This document shows, piece by piece, positions 59,320 through 64,000 of a stretch of 64,000 bases of DNA. Source of the stretch: Pseudomonadales bacterium. Its GTDB lineage: Bacteria; Pseudomonadota; Gammaproteobacteria; Pseudomonadales; GM7GCV1. Under the pieces are notes generated by a model that saw nothing but the letters and a program-made list of their open reading frames with translations, was not told the origin of the DNA and made no database searches. Each line of letters starts with the position of its first letter. Position 1 is the stretch's first letter. The stretch is taken from the NCBI GenBank assembly GCA_965222065.1, contig OZ244933.1:1586924-1650923 (forward strand), written 5' to 3'. The translations under genes and the position numbers were made by a program.

Positions 59320-59727
59320 TCAATCTCTGCGTCGTTGCGTTGTGTCGGAGCCAGAGCTCATTTGTCTGGAAAACACTTTCATACTAATTGGCACCTGTAT
59401 CGCCAGCATGACGAACAGCGCCACAAACAGTAACAGGGGGTAGTGCGGCGGTACAAATCGAAATACCAGGGCGCACAAAACCATTACCAATACTATTTTT
59501 CCTGTTTCACCCCAGTATATTGCCCCAAACGCTTTAGCGGGTTGTTGGCTGGCTCTATACCTGAAAGCCTGAAAGGTGAAATAAGCATTCGGCAGTATTG
59601 CGATGCCGCACCCGTAAGCTACTGCCAATGCTCCGTCGCGACCCTCTATACCGAAGCCCGCGAGCAACAGGACAAGCATTGCTGCCAGCTGCCATCCAAT
59701 GTATTTGAAAAATAGGCTTGCTGACAC
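59320..59727 (-). CDS. atpI: ATP synthase protein I
   Basis: 135 aa, 4-TM protein immediately upstream of atpB. Confidence 0.8.
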   Translation of the reverse strand: MSASLFFKYIGWQLAAMLVLLLAGFGIEGRDGALAVAYGCGIAILPNAYFTFQAFRYRASQQPAKAFGAIYWGETGKIVLVMVLCALVFRFVPPHYPLLLFVALFVMLAIQVPISMKVFSRQMSSGSDTTQRRRD

Positions 59728-59905
59728 TTATCCACAGGCTTACGCGGGGCCGTGGATTATAGTTGGATGGGGTTGGGGCTTCAAGGTTTTAGAAGACGGA
59801 AACATACGAAATTTCACGATTAGTAAGGTATAAAGCTTGCTAATTTGCGCTTTGGAAAATCGGGTATTGAACGTTCCATTAAAAGAAAGCACCCATATCT
59901 TAATT

Positions 59906-61336
59906 TCAGGTTTTCCGGATGCTCCAAAAATGCCTGATCGCCGGAAGCGCAAAAAGCACAAACACCAGGAGAAATACCAGATTGATTCCAAGCCCGGCTG
60001 GGGAAAAAGCCGCTGCACCATACTTGATGCAATAGCCCAGCACCAATAGGAGTGCGGCCAGTGATATCGCCGTTTTTAGCCAAAACCTGGCACGCCGGGC
60101 CTCGCCCAGCCAACAGGAGATGGCGCATGCGGCGATCAGGGAACCCCAGAACACGGCCGTGGAGGGAAGGTGGAACAACACCTGGGTAATACCCGTCAGC
60201 AAAAGAGCCAGGGGAGTACCCCAGATGATCCCTGCCCAAAGTGTGTTGATGGCATCCTGTTTTTTGCGCTTGATTAGCCAGATATTGACACCGCTAACCG
60301 ACACGACAGTCAGTGCAAGGCCCAATACCACGTAAAGCAGCTTGGTGCCCAGCCCGCCAAAGTGGCCAAAGTGCAGACGGTAAATGGAATAAACCACCTG
60401 TTGAGCAACAGAGCCATCGGAATAACCGGCCCGGTCAACGAAATTACCCTGCATATCGAAACGATAGTTTTCCGAGTAAATCATTCGTCCCGGCATCTGG
60501 ACGTAGTATTCCTGGAACCGTTGTTCGGATGATGCATCGTGGATCACCATAAACAGGGGATTGCCATCAGGTACTTCCGCAGCCAGGTAGTCGAGGGGCT
60601 TCACCAGATTTGCCTCCAGTGGCTGGCCCTGTAATTCCGGCTCCGGAGTAAAAAAATCACTGGTTGCAGCATCCCTGTCACCGTCATAAAAGGCTTCCGC
60701 TGCCCCCATAATCAGTAAGCCCACCAGCCCAAAGTAGGCGCCGGTAATCGCGATCATGATGTGGAATGGCGCCCCCCACACGCTGAGGCGGTTGTGCAAA
60801 TCCACTTCAGCCATGCGCTCGCTATTTGATCGACGCCAGGAAAAGGCGTCTTTAAATATGGTTGGGTGCGCCAGAAATCCGCTGATAATCAAACCCAAAA
60901 ACAGGGCGCCGATGGCACTGACAATCACAATGCCAATATTTATTGGCATGTGCAGATTAATGTGCAGACCGGTAATCAGGTGCGACCAGTCATCATGGGC
61001 TATTGGCCCGATACTGCCATCTTCGTTGAGATAATGCCCCTGGGTATCAGTGGCAAATTTAATACGGGGTATGGCATCACTGGGGAAAACCACATACAGG
61101 TGCTCACCGGTTTCGGATAACGCCTGAACGTAATTCCGGAATGCGTCCTGAATCAATTCGGGCTGAAGCGATCTGTATTCATCCGCGGACGGCTGTTCCC
61201 AGCGTTCTATATCCAGATAAAACACCACAATGGTACCAGTCAGGCAAATCAGGTACATAAGACCACCCAACAGCAGCCCCAGCCAGGAGTGTGCTTGCAG
61301 GGAAGATTTAACGAGACCGGGAGACAATAGCTTCAT
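59906..61336 (-). CDS. PepSY-associated TM helix domain protein (PiuB-like iron-regulated membrane protein)
   Basis: 476 aa. The N-terminal HSWLGLLLGGLMYLICLTG motif, the repeated TM/PepSY architecture and the position downstream of a TonB-dependent receptor all fit this family. Confidence 0.8.
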   Translation of the reverse strand: MKLLSPGLVKSSLQAHSWLGLLLGGLMYLICLTGTIVVFYLDIERWEQPSADEYRSLQPELIQDAFRNYVQALSETGEHLYVVFPSDAIPRIKFATDTQGHYLNEDGSIGPIAHDDWSHLITGLHINLHMPINIGIVIVSAIGALFLGLIISGFLAHPTIFKDAFSWRRSNSERMAEVDLHNRLSVWGAPFHIMIAITGAYFGLVGLLIMGAAEAFYDGDRDAATSDFFTPEPELQGQPLEANLVKPLDYLAAEVPDGNPLFMVIHDASSEQRFQEYYVQMPGRMIYSENYRFDMQGNFVDRAGYSDGSVAQQVVYSIYRLHFGHFGGLGTKLLYVVLGLALTVVSVSGVNIWLIKRKKQDAINTLWAGIIWGTPLALLLTGITQVLFHLPSTAVFWGSLIAACAISCWLGEARRARFWLKTAISLAALLLVLGYCIKYGAAAFSPAGLGINLVFLLVFVLFALPAIRHFWSIRKT

Positions 61337-61343
61337 TGAGTGT

Positions 61344-61892
61344 TCACAGGTAGAGATAAAGGCTGGCTAAAATTCCAGACAATAGTGTGGCCGACAAGGG
61401 CATCCATATCTTTTTACTGCCACATATCCATGCCGCCATACCACCCCACAACAAGGGTAGTACAAGCAACGACCAGAGCATCTGTGTGGCATCGTCAGCG
61501 GGCAACAGTTTTACCAGAAACAGTGTTACCGGAATGGACGCAGCACCCACAAGCGGGACGGTCGCCAAAAACAGGCCCAGATGCCCGGCAACCTTGACCC
61601 AGGGAGGGCGTCCCACAAGTACAGGTTCAACTTCCTGTCGACTTTCCGAACGCCTGTTTTCCCGGGAAAAATAGATAACCAGCCAGGCAGCCAGTGCCGG
61701 AAAGCTCAACCCGTAAACAAGGCCGAATTCCCAACCCGGTTTTACAAACCAGAGTGGCAGCGACAATACGATCAATAACCAGCCCAACCAAATAATGGGG
61801 CTGGAGCGATCCCGCCGATCGCGTTTCCAGGAATAGAACAGGCACACAACTCCGGCGAGAGAGAAGGTGCCTGCAATCAGGTTAGTCAGCAT
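61344..61892 (-). CDS. hypothetical membrane protein of the siderophore-uptake cluster (possibly DUF3325-like)
   Basis: 182 aa, about 5 TM, lying between the receptor and PepSY genes. The family assignment is tentative. Confidence 0.5.
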   Translation of the reverse strand: MLTNLIAGTFSLAGVVCLFYSWKRDRRDRSSPIIWLGWLLIVLSLPLWFVKPGWEFGLVYGLSFPALAAWLVIYFSRENRRSESRQEVEPVLVGRPPWVKVAGHLGLFLATVPLVGAASIPVTLFLVKLLPADDATQMLWSLLVLPLLWGGMAAWICGSKKIWMPLSATLLSGILASLYLYL

Positions 61893-61924
61893 ATTTGCTT
61901 TTGTGTTTTATTTATCGTCCAGCA

Positions 61925-64000
61925 CTAGAAATCGTAGGTCATGGTAGCAACTGCCGTGCGACGCATTCCCGGGAAGCAGTCGCCTCGCGTCAGGCAAGAG
62001 GTCAAATATTTCTCATCCGTCAGGTTACGAAAGTTTAGTGCCAGATCCCAGTTATCATTTAACTGATAACCAAACATTAGATCGGCCAGGGTGTAATCCG
62101 GTGTTACGTAACGAACCGTAGCATCCTCGGAGACACTTTCACCCACATATCGAATACCCCCACCTGCTCGAAATGGCGTAGTGGACGGATTCCAGGTGAC
62201 CCAGATGGAAGCATTGCTATCCGGCTCCGCCGCGAACTCATAATTATTTTGGTCGCGGGCATCCAGTGTGCTCAGCCCCATTCTCAGATAATAATCCCCA
62301 AGCATGGCCTGCGCTTCGAACTCAATGCCATCCAGCTCGGATACACCCTGTTGCTGGGCGGCATCCCCGGGCAAACTGTTGGGATTCGGCAAATTGGATA
62401 TTTCTATGTCGTAATAGGAGAGGGTAATCAGTGCAGGAATACTGTCCGGCTCATACTTCAAACCAACTTCATACTGTTTGCCTTCTTCCGGGTCCAGTTG
62501 ATTGCCTGACAAATCAGTACCTACGACCGTTTCAAACGATTCGGAATAGCTCACATAAGAGGACACACCAGACTCAAACCGGTACAACATACCCAGGCTC
62601 GTGGAAAGCTCACTGTCCGTCTGACGGGTAGTACCATCATTGTTATCCACATCGTCGTAACGTAACCCGGCGGTAAGACGCCAGTTACCTACGCTGATCT
62701 GGTCTGATAAATACAGCCCCAGGTCCTTGACGTTCTGTACAGCACCATCGTTGAGAATGGCATCAAATACGGACTGGTCCGGAGCACCCGTATACACCGG
62801 GTCAGCCAGATCCAGCGCATAGGTAAAATCGCCACTGAAGACGCCTGCGCCATAAAAATAGGCAGTATCACTGTCGGTTTCCACATCCTGATACTGGCCA
62901 CCAAACAGCACTTCGTGATTGAGTGTCCCGGTGGAAAATTCGGCAGTCAAACGAACATCCAGCGCTAACTGTTCAAAAGTGTTGTCGCCCTGATAAAAAG
63001 AACGCGGGACCACTGTATCACTATAGCCCGTAGGGGTTCCTGCCGGGATCATTCCAGCGTCAACCAGCGCCTGGTTCAGGTAGCGGCTGGCCCCTGCACC
63101 AGTAAACAGCGGCCAGGCCTGGTTGTAATCGGCCTCACCATCGCGCCACAACGCGGTGGCTTCCAGGCCCAAATTGGCATTGAACCGATGTTCCACCAGT
63201 GCGGTTAACTGGGTGGATTCGGTATCAAATTTATTCCAGCCTGGTTCTCCCGCATAAATATCCTGGTCAATATACCCACCGCCAGCGAGGGGATTCAGTG
63301 TGCCTTCAATGGGAATAAACTGGGCGGCCGTATCCGCATTGGAATCCTGGTACATGGCCAGCAGTGTGTAACTCGTATCATCACTGGGCACATAGCTTAT
63401 AGAGGGCATAAACAGGGTGACATCGTCGTTTACATGTTCTACCTGGGTATCGCTGTCGCGGCCCAGGGCCACGACGCGGTAAAGCCAGTCAGAAGAGCCT
63501 ATTTGACCGGTTGAATCCAGTCCGACCTGCTTGCGATTGTGGTTGCCGATTTCCACTACCACTTCTGAATCGGACTCGGCTTTCGGTGTCTTGGACACAT
63601 AGTTAACAATACCGCCAGGAGAACCCTGACCGTAAAGCACTGAGGCCGGTCCTTTCAGTACCTCAACCTGTTCAATGGTGTAAAGCTCGGCCCGCGTGGT
63701 GTTATAACTACCAAACAACTCCTGGATTGAATCGCGGTAACGGGGAAGCTCAAGACCGCGGGCGTGAATCCAGTCCCCACGTGTTGAGAAACCGTAGGTT
63801 TCGGCCGTTACACCTGACATATAGGAGGTTGCCTGGGACAAATTCAGGGCACCTTTTTCCTTAAATTGCTCGGCCGTTTCTATCGAGATAGATCTGGCCG
63901 TTTCGACAATAGGCACATTGGACTTGGTCGCGCCAAAGCGAGACAGCTGTCCGGTGACAGTCATGGATTCAATTTCCTGGGCCAGAACGGCAGGGGAAGC
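61925..64000 (-). CDS. TonB-dependent siderophore receptor (N-terminus beyond the right edge)
   Basis: Plug motifs (IEVLKGPASVLYGQGSPGGIVNYVSK), a beta-barrel and a C-terminal aromatic residue (TYDF). The frame stays open from 63964 to the window end (…AQEIESMTVTG). Confidence 0.9.
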   Translation of the reverse strand, partial: ASPAVLAQEIESMTVTGQLSRFGATKSNVPIVETARSISIETAEQFKEKGALNLSQATSYMSGVTAETYGFSTRGDWIHARGLELPRYRDSIQELFGSYNTTRAELYTIEQVEVLKGPASVLYGQGSPGGIVNYVSKTPKAESDSEVVVEIGNHNRKQVGLDSTGQIGSSDWLYRVVALGRDSDTQVEHVNDDVTLFMPSISYVPSDDTSYTLLAMYQDSNADTAAQFIPIEGTLNPLAGGGYIDQDIYAGEPGWNKFDTESTQLTALVEHRFNANLGLEATALWRDGEADYNQAWPLFTGAGASRYLNQALVDAGMIPAGTPTGYSDTVVPRSFYQGDNTFEQLALDVRLTAEFSTGTLNHEVLFGGQYQDVETDSDTAYFYGAGVFSGDFTYALDLADPVYTGAPDQSVFDAILNDGAVQNVKDLGLYLSDQISVGNWRLTAGLRYDDVDNNDGTTRQTDSELSTSLGMLYRFESGVSSYVSYSESFETVVGTDLSGNQLDPEEGKQYEVGLKYEPDSIPALITLSYYDIEISNLPNPNSLPGDAAQQQGVSELDGIEFEAQAMLGDYYLRMGLSTLDARDQNNYEFAAEPDSNASIWVTWNPSTTPFRAGGGIRYVGESVSEDATVRYVTPDYTLADLMFGYQLNDNWDLALNFRNLTDEKYLTSCLTRGDCFPGMRRTAVATMTYDF

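Noticed and set aside
59728-59905. Possible extra small gene between atpI and the PepSY gene (ORF 59740-60021, 93 aa; ORF 59820-60239, 139 aa).
   Set aside because: Both ORFs largely overlap the 3' end of the well-supported PepSY gene in other frames and have no RBS. The 178-nt spacer is better explained as the atp operon promoter region.

Overview
This 64 kb window looks like chromosomal DNA from a Gammaproteobacterium, possibly marine; that taxonomic guess is inference from gene content only. I found no rRNA, tRNA, CRISPR array, integrase or transposase.

The window splits into three parts:
- **Left third (housekeeping):** folA-thyA-lgt-ptsP-rppH, gcvH, ubiA, phoR, selO, yaaA, a TRAP transporter locus with an embedded NhaC antiporter gene, and uvrD with a LexA box.
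- **Middle (about 26-52 kb, accessory-looking):** densely packed small genes. They include a membrane-anchored AraC regulator, a heparanase-like GH79, TspO, SemiSWEET, a CPBP protease, MAPEG, ICMT, a macro domain protein, VIT1, NRAMP, several GNATs and many small membrane proteins.
- **Right part:** the complete F1Fo ATP synthase operon atpIBEFHAGDC, then a PepSY / TonB-dependent siderophore receptor cluster that runs off the window edge.

The best candidate for an uncharacterised system is a minus-strand gene pair at 40740-44039. It encodes an ATP-grasp ligase and, 33 nt downstream, a 680-aa orphan protein. The orphan's C-terminal third carries a papain/transglutaminase-like Gln-x5-Cys ... 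His ... Asn/Asp signature.

Secondary observations:
- REP-like palindromes bracket the oppositely oriented TRAP binding-protein gene.
- Both histidine kinases, including phoR, lack a partner; the window contains no response regulator.
- A small thiol-redox cluster contains a monothiol DsbA-like protein.
- A GH79-like protein lacks a signal peptide.

All functional calls come from reading the translated ORFs by eye. No database searches were run.
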